A stretch of 64,000 nt of DNA from an uncultured Gammaproteobacteria bacterium. Lineage in GTDB: Bacteria > Patescibacteriota > Microgenomatia > Levybacterales > UBA12049. Position numbers and translations under genes: made by a program. Location: assembly GCA_964416445.1 (NCBI GenBank), contig CAYQEE010000003.1:1946-65945 (forward strand), in the 5' to 3' direction. Below the pieces are notes generated by a model, which ran no database searches, had not been told where the DNA came from, and saw only the letters and a program-made list of their open reading frames with translations. Every line of letters begins with the position of its first letter. The first letter of the stretch is position 1. Below are positions 10,398-19,381 of this stretch, piece after piece.

Positions 10398-11183
10398 TTA
10401 AAATAATTTAATTAATCCCTTTTGTAACGCATGTTTAAATGTTGTTTTAAGAAAAATAATGACAAGAATGAAATAACATATATTGAGAATTGAACTTATT
10501 AAAAGCATATGATAATCTATTTGTTTGGTATAAAGTAGCTGCCTTATTCCCTCAAAAACATAACTTGTTGGTATAAACGCAGAAATAGTTTGTGCCCATG
10601 AAGGTAAAACGTGGAGAGGATAATATATTGCTGAAAAAGGCATAATAATTGCACCTAAAGTCCATGCAAAGGCTTGTACTTTCACACCATATTGAAAGAT
10701 AAGCGCAGTAATAAAAAGTCCTAATGTCCAACCAGAAAAAATAAGAAGTGAAATAAAAGGAATTATGTATAATCCAAATTGCAAGATACCTACCTTGTAT
10801 AAAATAAGAGCTAGAATTGCTGCCCAAAGAAAACTAAGAAGTGCTTTGATGCCAGAGATAATAATTAGCGCAATGACCCATTCACTAAAAGTTAACGGAC
10901 TCACGAAAATATTTGTTAAGTTTTTACTCCAAACATCATCTAGCAATCCAATTGCGACTTCGTAAGGTATTCTCCATGCAATAATCCAAAATACCAATGC
11001 AGAAACAAGAGCGACAATAATATTATATCCTTTAAAAGGTCCACTATTAAGATAAGTACTTGTTAATCCCCAAACAAGCATATCAATAGCTGGCCAGTAA
11101 AAGATATCAGTAACTCTATCTATATTATGTTTGATAGAATAGTAATGTCGTAATACAATTGCAAAAATACGATGACTGCTCAT
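10398..11183 (-). CDS. ABC-2 type exporter permease
   Basis: 6 TM; FSAIYYPLHVLPSWAQ..PTSYVFEGIR ABC-2 motif. Confidence 0.9.
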   Translation of the reverse strand: MSSHRIFAIVLRHYYSIKHNIDRVTDIFYWPAIDMLVWGLTSTYLNSGPFKGYNIIVALVSALVFWIIAWRIPYEVAIGLLDDVWSKNLTNIFVSPLTFSEWVIALIIISGIKALLSFLWAAILALILYKVGILQFGLYIIPFISLLIFSGWTLGLFITALIFQYGVKVQAFAWTLGAIIMPFSAIYYPLHVLPSWAQTISAFIPTSYVFEGIRQLLYTKQIDYHMLLISSILNICYFILVIIFLKTTFKHALQKGLIKLF

Positions 11184-12112
11184 ATAATTTGTTCCATATT
11201 TTTATTTGATGTTCCCATTACTTGAAGGAAATAATCTTCAAGAGTCGGCTTTTCAATACTAATCTCTTGATAATGAATCCCTCTATCTGTTAAGTCTTTT
11301 AATAACAAAGCTATATTTTTTTCTTTTATATCGATACTAATAAAATCGCCTTCAACTTTATGAGGAATTCTTTTTTTTATACAATATTCTATTGCAAGTA
11401 TCATATTTGACGGTATAAGTAACTCTATATGACATATTTGTATTGTCTTAGTTAAATTTTGTGGTGTATCATTTGCAATTATTTTACCTTTATTAATAAA
11501 GATTACACGATTACATACTTCTTCAACTTCTGCCATATTATGTGAGGTAAGAACTAACGAAACATGAAATTTTTTTTGTTCTTCAAGCAGAAATTCCCGA
11601 ACATATTGGGCTACCTCAGGATCTAATGATGCTGTCGGTTCATCGAGGAGTAAAATCTTTGGAAAGTTTAAAAATGCTTTTGCTAAACTTACTCTAGTCT
11701 TTTGTCCAGCTGATAAGTTTCCAAATTCTTCTCTCAATATTTTATCAAGCTTAAATATTTCAATTACTTTATGTAACCTCTCTTTTCGATTTTTTATTTT
11801 ATAAAGAAAGGAAACAAATGTTAAACATTCTATAACTGTTAAGTACCAAGGAAGTTCAATATAGGTTGAGGAAAAATTAACCTGTTCCATAATTGTTTTT
11901 CGTTCCTTCATTAAGTCTTTTCCAAAATAGTAAATATTCCCTTTTGTTGGGTTAAGAATACCTAATAGCATTTGTATCGTTGTTGTTTTTCCAGCACCAT
12001 TTGGTCCTAAAAAGCCGAGTATTTCTCCTTCTTTAAGAGAAAAAGAAATATTATCAACAGCAATAAAATTATTAAACTTTTTTGATAGATCTTTAACTTC
12101 AAGAATATTCAT
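11180..12112 (-). CDS. ABC exporter ATP-binding protein
   Basis: GPNGAGKTT, LSAGQ and LLLDEPT motifs. Confidence 0.95.
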   Translation of the reverse strand: MNILEVKDLSKKFNNFIAVDNISFSLKEGEILGFLGPNGAGKTTTIQMLLGILNPTKGNIYYFGKDLMKERKTIMEQVNFSSTYIELPWYLTVIECLTFVSFLYKIKNRKERLHKVIEIFKLDKILREEFGNLSAGQKTRVSLAKAFLNFPKILLLDEPTASLDPEVAQYVREFLLEEQKKFHVSLVLTSHNMAEVEEVCNRVIFINKGKIIANDTPQNLTKTIQICHIELLIPSNMILAIEYCIKKRIPHKVEGDFISIDIKEKNIALLLKDLTDRGIHYQEISIEKPTLEDYFLQVMGTSNKNMEQII

Positions 12113-12161
12113 AAATCTATTATACAGAAATATTTATTATTATTTTTAAACAAAGAACTAT

Positions 12162-13124
12162 CTAAATATTAATTTTTTGAAGAAATATACGAAATTTATT
12201 GATTTTTACATTATCATAAATTGAAACTGTCAAAATTTCTTTTTTAAAAAGAGAAAGTTGATTAATTTTCTCATTTAATTCAGCTTCTGATATGAGATCA
12301 GTTTTTGTTAGCAGTATAATTTCTTTTTTTTGCAAGAGTGAAGCATTAAATTTTTCAAGTTCATTTCTTACTGTTGTATAAGTTTTGAGAACATCTTTTT
12401 CGGTACTATCAATAAAATGAAATAAAATTGTCGTTTTTTCAACATGTTTTAAAAATTTTATTCCTAGTCCTTTTCCTAACGATGCACCTTCAATTAATCC
12501 AGGGATATCTGCAATGATATAGTGATCCATTACTCCAAGATTTGGTTCTAATGTTGTAAACGGGTAATTTCCGATTTTTGGTTTAGCATTGGTAAGCGCT
12601 TTTAAAAGACTACTTTTCCCAGCATTGGGGAGTCCTATAAAACCAATGTCAGCTATAAGGCGAAGAATAAAATGCAAACTTCTTTCTTGTCCAGGTTCCC
12701 CTTTTTCAGCATATTGAGGAGTTTGATTTGTAGCTGTTTTGAATTCGTTATTACCTCTGCCACCATGTCCTCCTTTAGCAATGAGAATTTTGGTAGTAGT
12801 GTCGGTAATTTCCCAAGTCTCTTTTGTGTTAAGGTCCTCAATAAATGTACCTATAGGAAGAGAAATAATGGTATCTACCCCGTTGCGACCGTACATATTT
12901 TGTCTTCCACCTTTAATACCATTCTCAGCGGAAATGGTTTTTTTATATTGAAATTGCTGAAGTCCAGTAACGTCATTAATGCCAACAACATAAATATTCC
13001 CCCCATTTCCGCCATTTCCCCCATCTGGTCCTCCTTTAGCAGTTTGTCCATCTCGTCGAAGCGTTGCTGCTCCATCTCCACCATCACCTGCTTTAACTGA
13101 AATTTTTACATCATCTATAAGCAT
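12162..13124 (-). CDS. obgE: GTPase ObgE/CgtA
   Basis: Gly-rich Obg fold GGPDGGNGGNGG, GLPNAGKS, YPFTTLEP, DIPG and TKTD. Confidence 0.97.
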   Translation of the reverse strand: MLIDDVKISVKAGDGGDGAATLRRDGQTAKGGPDGGNGGNGGNIYVVGINDVTGLQQFQYKKTISAENGIKGGRQNMYGRNGVDTIISLPIGTFIEDLNTKETWEITDTTTKILIAKGGHGGRGNNEFKTATNQTPQYAEKGEPGQERSLHFILRLIADIGFIGLPNAGKSSLLKALTNAKPKIGNYPFTTLEPNLGVMDHYIIADIPGLIEGASLGKGLGIKFLKHVEKTTILFHFIDSTEKDVLKTYTTVRNELEKFNASLLQKKEIILLTKTDLISEAELNEKINQLSLFKKEILTVSIYDNVKINKFRIFLQKINI

Positions 13125-13218
13125 AGAAGCATTGTATCATAAAAACACTAATAGCCTATAACTTTATAGAAAACTAACTTGTCAAATTGCTATTTTATCG
13201 ATATGATTATCAAACCCC

Positions 13219-14190
13219 ATGAAATTTTTTTGGTTCTTATATCTTATATGCGTTCTTCTCATTTCAACTGGCATGGCATGGTATGTAATAAGTACACGTC
13301 AGAGTAATGAAAAGCAACCAAAAATAACATTTGTCCCTATACCCTCATTTTTGACAATTGCAGCAAATGCACAGGTTACCACATTGGATTTATGGAGTCC
13401 GCAACTAAAAACTGCTTCTGGCAAATTTATTCCCATTCCGGATATAAGTGCAAGGAGTGCATTAGCATATGATATTTCAACAAATCAACTTCTCTATGCA
13501 AAAAATATTAATGAGAAACGTCCCATGGCTTCATTAACAAAAATAATGACCTCAATAGTCTCTTTAGAACATCCTAAAAATGATGATAAATATGTTGTAA
13601 CAAATGACGCTTTAGTTGGTGAAGATAGTATGGGACTATTATCGGATGAAGTATTAACGATGAAAGATCTACTGTATGGGGCTATTTTACATTCAGGAAA
13701 TGACGCGGCAATGACTCTCGCAATAAATTATCCAGGAGGAGTAAGTAAATTTGTTCAAGCAATGGATCAGAAAGCTGTTTCGTTAGGTTTAACAAATACG
13801 CATTTTACTAATCCAACTGGTCTTGAAGGAGATGGTGATCAGCATACAACAGCAAGTGATCTGTTAGTAATGACACGATATGCTTTGGAACATTTCCCAG
13901 TATTCCGAGAAATAGTCGGAACATTCGATTATGTCATTCCTCAAACAAGTACCCATCAGGAATACGATTTAGAGAATGAAACCAATTTAATATCGAGCTA
14001 TCCAGGCGTAAAAGGGGTGAAAGATGGTTATACTCCCGAAGCGGGTTTGTGTCTTGTAAGTTATTTGGACTATGACAACCATAGAATTATCGCTATTGTC
14101 TTAGGAAGTGATAACCGACGTGGTGATATGAAAGATCTTTTAGATTACTCTTTAAAAAAAGAAGGGATAACACCGCCTTCCCATTCATGA
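13219..14190 (+). CDS. dacA: D-alanyl-D-alanine carboxypeptidase (peptidase S11)
   Basis: ASLTKIMT (SxxK), HSGND (SxN), NTHFTNPTGL; third motif reads KDG rather than KTG. Confidence 0.88.
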   Translation: MKFFWFLYLICVLLISTGMAWYVISTRQSNEKQPKITFVPIPSFLTIAANAQVTTLDLWSPQLKTASGKFIPIPDISARSALAYDISTNQLLYAKNINEKRPMASLTKIMTSIVSLEHPKNDDKYVVTNDALVGEDSMGLLSDEVLTMKDLLYGAILHSGNDAAMTLAINYPGGVSKFVQAMDQKAVSLGLTNTHFTNPTGLEGDGDQHTTASDLLVMTRYALEHFPVFREIVGTFDYVIPQTSTHQEYDLENETNLISSYPGVKGVKDGYTPEAGLCLVSYLDYDNHRIIAIVLGSDNRRGDMKDLLDYSLKKEGITPPSHS

Positions 14191-14235
14191 AGGACTTGAA
14201 GCAAAGTCTATTTTGAATTACAATAGTGATAAGTT

Positions 14236-14318
14236 GCCGCGGTGGTGGAATGGCAGACACGAAGGCCTTAAGAGCCTTTATCCGCAAGGGTGTGAGAGTT
14301 CGACTCTCTCCCGCGGCA
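14236..14318 (+). tRNA. tRNA-Leu(TAA)
   Basis: Acceptor GCCGCGG/CCGCGGC, anticodon arm AAGGC-CTTAAGA-GCCTT, long variable arm, TTCGACT loop; CCA not encoded. Confidence 0.95.
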
Positions 14319-14421
14319 CTACTTTCAAGAATCTACGATATACAAACGTACCTTCAATTATATTTAACCAATTTGCCTTTTTCGTTTAATATACGTATAA
14401 TTTGCCTAGTTTATATCTATT

Positions 14422-15120
14422 ATGGCTTTTCGTGGTGAGTTATTACCCAAAGTCAATTTGTCTCCACTTGCTCAACGTTTTGCAACAGTGATTAATGGAT
14501 ATGCGCCTCAGCGAGAGCGTGGAACGAGACCACTAGAATCTCCGCGGCAATTAATGAGTCGTTTACTTGCCGTAGGTGCAGACGGGTTACTTGCCCGGTT
14601 AAGAAACGATACCACATGGGATTTTCCTGGAGTCGAAACTGTTTCGTATCGAGAAGTTATCCAAGACGGGAATGGTAATCCTTTATCAACTGCAGCATTG
14701 GGTTTAAGTATGACTTATTGGGATGTAGGCCTGATGTCAGGCAAATTAGAGTTATTAAGAAGATCGGGAGATTTAATGCAACGAGGGCAACCAGAGCAAA
14801 TGAGACAAGGATTACGTGAAACTAGTATATTAGTTGTTGCAGTTTCTCATAGAAATGATTCTGGAATTTATATCCAAGATATGAGACGTGGACCTTTTGA
14901 TGATTCTCGAGTTAGAGCAGGAGATACAATAACTATTCAGACTCCAGCTATTTCATTAACAGCAAATAAGCCAGAAGAAATTAATGGATATATTGCTGCT
15001 TGGTTATTACATTGTACAAAAGAAAGAGATGTAACCGAAACATTACCCCATCAATTAGTACGTCAAGGAGCTGAACATATTCATCAACAATCACTCCATA
15101 AATATAAGCCAATAAATTGA
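14422..15120 (+). CDS. Hypothetical protein
   Basis: 232-aa ORF filling the gap between two tRNAs; no motif recognised. Confidence 0.6.
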   Translation: MAFRGELLPKVNLSPLAQRFATVINGYAPQRERGTRPLESPRQLMSRLLAVGADGLLARLRNDTTWDFPGVETVSYREVIQDGNGNPLSTAALGLSMTYWDVGLMSGKLELLRRSGDLMQRGQPEQMRQGLRETSILVVAVSHRNDSGIYIQDMRRGPFDDSRVRAGDTITIQTPAISLTANKPEEINGYIAAWLLHCTKERDVTETLPHQLVRQGAEHIHQQSLHKYKPIN

Positions 15121-15187
15121 ATTTATTTATTAGACAATGCTGATTCTATTCAATCGGGTATTTTTTTGCTAAAATAGGTACATATTT

Positions 15188-15261
15188 CGGGGAGTAGCTC
15201 AGTTGGCTAGAGCGCGCGGTTTGGGACCGTGAGGCCGGAGGTTCAAGTCCTCTCTCCCCGA
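15188..15261 (+). tRNA. tRNA-Pro(TGG)
   Basis: Acceptor CGGGGAG/CTCCCCG, anticodon loop TTTGGGA, TTCAAGT T-loop. Confidence 0.96.
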
Positions 15262-15324
15262 CAGAAATTCATAAATATCATATAGTTAAAACGATTATTC
15301 TTGATTATCTTAGATTTCACTACT

Positions 15325-15912
15325 CTAGCTTTTGATACGAGATTTATTTAATCGAAAGATATCCTTTCGATATATAAAAAAGACCATCACAATGCAACTA
15401 AAAGCAATATAAATTTGAAAAATTGAAGCTGTTTCAATGCGATATGCCACAAGACTAAGTAATGCTGCTAATCCGCTAAGGAGATAATACCATGGTGATT
15501 CAGTTTTTGGCTGTTTCCAAGTTTTAATAAATGCAGGCAAATACGCTGAAAAATCAGCTAATATTGAAAACCAAACACCAAAAATTGGGTTACCTGTTAT
15601 CTTCCAACAAATTATTCCTATGATTGCAACAATAAGGCAAATCCAATCAACAATACTGGAACCTCCCATTCCCCACCATAGGCTCATAAAAAAAATAATA
15701 ACCGCTTGAATAAATGTAATTCCCGCAAACAAATCAGCTCCAAAATTGCCGTGCGCTGCAAGAATACTAAAGAAATTTAATGAAAGTACAAAGAAAAGTA
15801 TAAAGCGTGTCATCCGATGTGGTTTAGAAGTTCCTCGAGCAATACTAACAATATAAGTAATTGGGCCTATGACAATCAAAATTGCGCTCAGTATCAATAA
15901 TATAGCTTGCAT
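15325..15912 (-). CDS. Hypothetical multi-pass membrane protein (possibly PQ-loop-like)
   Basis: About 7 hydrophobic segments; similar halves around KPHRMT and KPKTES. Confidence 0.7.
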   Translation of the reverse strand: MQAILLILSAILIVIGPITYIVSIARGTSKPHRMTRFILFFVLSLNFFSILAAHGNFGADLFAGITFIQAVIIFFMSLWWGMGGSSIVDWICLIVAIIGIICWKITGNPIFGVWFSILADFSAYLPAFIKTWKQPKTESPWYYLLSGLAALLSLVAYRIETASIFQIYIAFSCIVMVFFIYRKDIFRLNKSRIKS

Positions 15913-15991
15913 AAACTTATCTTAACATATGAATTAAGTTCTTTTTACTAGGGTGATTAAACAAAAGACCTTGAAAAGGGGTAAATAGGAG

Positions 15992-16429
15992 TTACTGCCG
16001 TCTTGGGGATACCCGTTCTACCATTTTACTCGCGGCATTTCCAATTTGGTTCCCTGTTTCGAGAGCTGCGCCTTCTAATATTCCCATACTAAAACCTCGT
16101 AGACCTCTTCGTAACACTCTACCTAGGGGAATCGAATTTGCCATTTTTACTTCTTCTCGTACACGCTGAGTACCTAATACTTTTGCTTCTTTATAGGTAG
16201 TTATAGGAGGACCATCCGTTATTTTTGGCGTATCCTTGAAATGATTTTCTCTATGTTCTGCTAAGGTCGCTGCAACTTCATCCCAACTTCGGCGAATACC
16301 AGTACTTAACGCTTGTTGTGTTACTGCTCCAAGAGCAACTAGTAATGCTTCAGGACGTGTTGGTTTTCTTACTTCCTGCTTTGGTGCATTCCCTGGAATT
16401 TTTGCATATGTTCGTTGTAATTCATTCAT
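15992..16429 (-). CDS. Hypothetical protein
   Basis: 145-aa ORF, ATG preceded by a TATAAT-like element on the minus strand; no motif recognised. Confidence 0.55.
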   Translation of the reverse strand: MNELQRTYAKIPGNAPKQEVRKPTRPEALLVALGAVTQQALSTGIRRSWDEVAATLAEHRENHFKDTPKITDGPPITTYKEAKVLGTQRVREEVKMANSIPLGRVLRRGLRGFSMGILEGAALETGNQIGNAASKMVERVSPRRQ

Positions 16430-16625
16430 CTTAGTTATTCATTATAGTAATTTCATACACATCTGTCAAACTATAAGCTTTAAAAGTTCATATTTCATAT
16501 CTGCTAAATAAGCATAGAATATCTCGTTATACACAGACTTAACGATCATCCTGAAATGTATCTGGGAAAATATTTTAAATTCAACTATTTATTGTAATCG
16601 TTAAGTATGTTATATTTATTATGAA

Positions 16626-18041
16626 ATGAAATATATCTTCTTTTCATATTCTGGATTAAGTTACCCAATCGCCTATAAATTACAACAAGAAGGATTTGAA
16701 GTAACTGTTGGGGTAATTGAAAATATAAAAGACTACGTCATGGAAGAAGAAGCAAATAAAGCAGAAGAGAGTGATTTTAATAAAGAAAGACGTTTGCAAC
16801 TCTATAAGAATATTCTTAAACTTCAACCTGGTGATAAAGTTGTTGAGTTTATGAAAACAATAAAAAATCCTCATGAATATTTCGTTTTTTTCGAGGAAAA
16901 TAATTTATATCGTTGGGCTGATAAAGTACGGGATTTAGGATTTGAAGGTAATTTTCCTACAAAGGAAGACTTTTTACTTGAAATTGATCGTGAATCTGCT
17001 AAGCAGTTTGTAAAACAATACTATCCAAAGTTATATACTCCAGAAGTCAAGGAATTTACAAAAGTATCAGATGCTATTAAATTTCTTGAAACATCTCAAG
17101 ATATTTGGGTTTTAAAAGGTAAACATGATGGTGCGGAGACGTATGTTCCTGATTCAAATGATATCAATCTCGCAAAAGGGCAATTAATTGAAATGTTAAA
17201 TAATTTTCCGCAGAAATATGAAAAGCCGGGATTTATTCTTGAAATGTTTATCCCTTCAATTGTAGAACTTACTCCTGAGAAGATTTACTACGATGGAGTT
17301 CCTTTGGCAACAACAATGAACCTAGAAAATAAGTCATTTGGGAGTGGAAATATTTCTGTCCAAACAGGTTGTGCTCAAGATTTAGTTTTCCCCACAGATA
17401 TGGAAGATAGAGTTAATAAGATAGCTTTTCCTCCCATCGTTGATGAAATGGCACGAAAGCATAGAGGGCTTTTTATTTGGGATGCATCGCTCTTAGTTAA
17501 TCGAAGAGATGGAAAGATATATTTTGGGGAATTTTGTTCGAATAGACCAGGTTATAATTCGATATTTACCGAAATAGCCCAAGTTCCTTCTATAAATCAT
17601 TTTTTTGAAAGTATTGTACATAAACATTCTCCCTTTACCCTTGGTACTGTTGCCACATCTGTTCGAATTTTTAACCTAAATAGTGATGAAGAAACAGATA
17701 AAGTTGCCGCAGATATATCGATTGACTATAAAAAAGAAATTGAGAAAGATTTATGGTTATGGGATGTTAAGAAAAACCAACGTGATAGACTTGTTTCAGT
17801 AGGGACAGATTGGAATCTTGCCGTAATAACAGGTGCCGGAAAATCAATTGATGAAGCGATTGCCAAAACATATAAAAATATTGAACAGTTTTCTTTTGTA
17901 GGTGCTTATTATCGCTCAAAAGATGACTATCTCTCACTTGATTATCCAACTTCTATTATTAATAGACTAAATTATGGTCTTGAAAGGGGCTTGTATCATC
18001 TTCCTTTTGATGTAAAGGTAGGAGACATACAAACTAAATGA
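16626..18041 (+). CDS. PurD (GARS)-like ATP-grasp ligase of unknown specificity
   Basis: LEIDRESAKQF, WVLKG, EFCSNRPG (ATP-grasp metal site) and GARS_C-like VITGAGKSIDEAIAKTY...YYR; lacks the PurD GSGGREHA motif. Confidence 0.75.
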   Translation: MKYIFFSYSGLSYPIAYKLQQEGFEVTVGVIENIKDYVMEEEANKAEESDFNKERRLQLYKNILKLQPGDKVVEFMKTIKNPHEYFVFFEENNLYRWADKVRDLGFEGNFPTKEDFLLEIDRESAKQFVKQYYPKLYTPEVKEFTKVSDAIKFLETSQDIWVLKGKHDGAETYVPDSNDINLAKGQLIEMLNNFPQKYEKPGFILEMFIPSIVELTPEKIYYDGVPLATTMNLENKSFGSGNISVQTGCAQDLVFPTDMEDRVNKIAFPPIVDEMARKHRGLFIWDASLLVNRRDGKIYFGEFCSNRPGYNSIFTEIAQVPSINHFFESIVHKHSPFTLGTVATSVRIFNLNSDEETDKVAADISIDYKKEIEKDLWLWDVKKNQRDRLVSVGTDWNLAVITGAGKSIDEAIAKTYKNIEQFSFVGAYYRSKDDYLSLDYPTSIINRLNYGLERGLYHLPFDVKVGDIQTK

Positions 18042-18505
18042 AGGATAGACTGATAGATTTTAAAAATTTAAAGTTTGAGTTGAGAGATGAAATGCGTTAT
18101 GACGACGCAGGTGACTATTTTGATAATACTATAATTGCCTATGATTATAATGATGATATTATCACTAACGCTATTTTTTTACACGAATTTATTGAATATG
18201 CACTAATAAAATCTGCTGGTATTTCTCCTGAATTGATTGATAAGTTTGATACCGATGAATCTTATATTGACAAGTATCCCAAAGAATATGAACTTTATAG
18301 TAAATTCCATGATTTAGCAAACACGATTGAACGACGATTTATTGAAAACCTGGGACTTAATTGGGAGGAGCATGATAAAAAAATTAATATGAAAAAAGTA
18401 AAAACTGCTGTTACCAATATTAGTAACGAATTACATAAGGAAAATCCTAATGAAGAAACGATCAATAAATCGAAAGAAATTGTAAAGAGCCATATGGAAA
18501 AATAA
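18038..18505 (+). CDS. Putative metal-dependent hydrolase (HExxE motif)
   Basis: RYDDAGDY, AIFLHEFIE and FHDLANTIE; ATGA overlap with the ATP-grasp gene. Confidence 0.6.
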   Translation: MKDRLIDFKNLKFELRDEMRYDDAGDYFDNTIIAYDYNDDIITNAIFLHEFIEYALIKSAGISPELIDKFDTDESYIDKYPKEYELYSKFHDLANTIERRFIENLGLNWEEHDKKINMKKVKTAVTNISNELHKENPNEETINKSKEIVKSHMEK

Positions 18506-18553
18506 CTTCACATGAAGTAATATCTCATTAAGAAACATCTGCATTTTAAGTAC

Positions 18554-19372
18554 ATGAAAAAATTCATCAAATCATTTGACGGTGTGAGAATTCACTATGA
18601 ATTACATATCGGAGAAGTAAATAAAAATATTTTATTCATTCATGGACTTGGAGGTGATTTGCGTGCGTGGGATGAGGAAAGAGCTTTACTTGAAAATCGG
18701 GGTTATACAACGATCGCGTTGGATTTACGAGGTCATGGGTTATCTGATAGACCTTCGCCAGAAAGCGCTTATGCATTTACAAATTTTGTTCGAGATATTC
18801 AAATGATTATTGAAAAAGAAAAATTACAAAATGTCATTTTAGTCGGACATTGTTTGGGTGGAATGATAGCAATGTCAGTAGCTTATTTATATCCAAAACA
18901 GATACGCGCATTGGTGTTAGTCGATACGAGTTATAAGGCTCCTTACTTTAGCAAAATTATTATCAACCACACACTAATACAGCTTTTTTTACGTTTATTT
19001 GCAACGTATATCCCAGGATTTTATATGCATGGAACAGTTGATTATACAAAATTTAGATTTACTGATGATTTTGATAAAAAGCGAATTTTATCTGATATTA
19101 TGCACACATCGCTTAAAAGTTATTTACTTATTTGTGAGAATCTACTTTCCCTTAATGGAGAGAAACTGCTTGATGGGATAAACATTCCAACATTAGTTAT
19201 TGAAGGTGAAAAAGATAAAGTATATCCGCCTTCCATTGCAAAACATATTTCCTTGCGAATGAAGAACGCTAACTTAGATTTAATCAAAGATGCAAATCAT
19301 ATTATTGTATTGACCAAACCTTCTGAATTAGTGGAAAGTATAATCTTATTTTTACAGAAATTTAATTCTTAG
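18554..19372 (+). CDS. Alpha/beta hydrolase with Cys at the nucleophile elbow
   Basis: FIHGLGG, DLRGHG, GHCLGG (GxCxG in place of GxSxG), GEKD and ANH. Confidence 0.9.
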   Translation: MKKFIKSFDGVRIHYELHIGEVNKNILFIHGLGGDLRAWDEERALLENRGYTTIALDLRGHGLSDRPSPESAYAFTNFVRDIQMIIEKEKLQNVILVGHCLGGMIAMSVAYLYPKQIRALVLVDTSYKAPYFSKIIINHTLIQLFLRLFATYIPGFYMHGTVDYTKFRFTDDFDKKRILSDIMHTSLKSYLLICENLLSLNGEKLLDGINIPTLVIEGEKDKVYPPSIAKHISLRMKNANLDLIKDANHIIVLTKPSELVESIILFLQKFNS

Positions 19373-19381
19373 TAAAAAGAA

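Noticed and set aside
14226-14438. 70-aa ORF
   Set aside because: Overlaps tRNA-Leu; spurious
16626-18041. Annotation as genuine purD
   Set aside because: Lacks the GSGGREHA and GPNTGGMG signatures and has no purine-pathway neighbours
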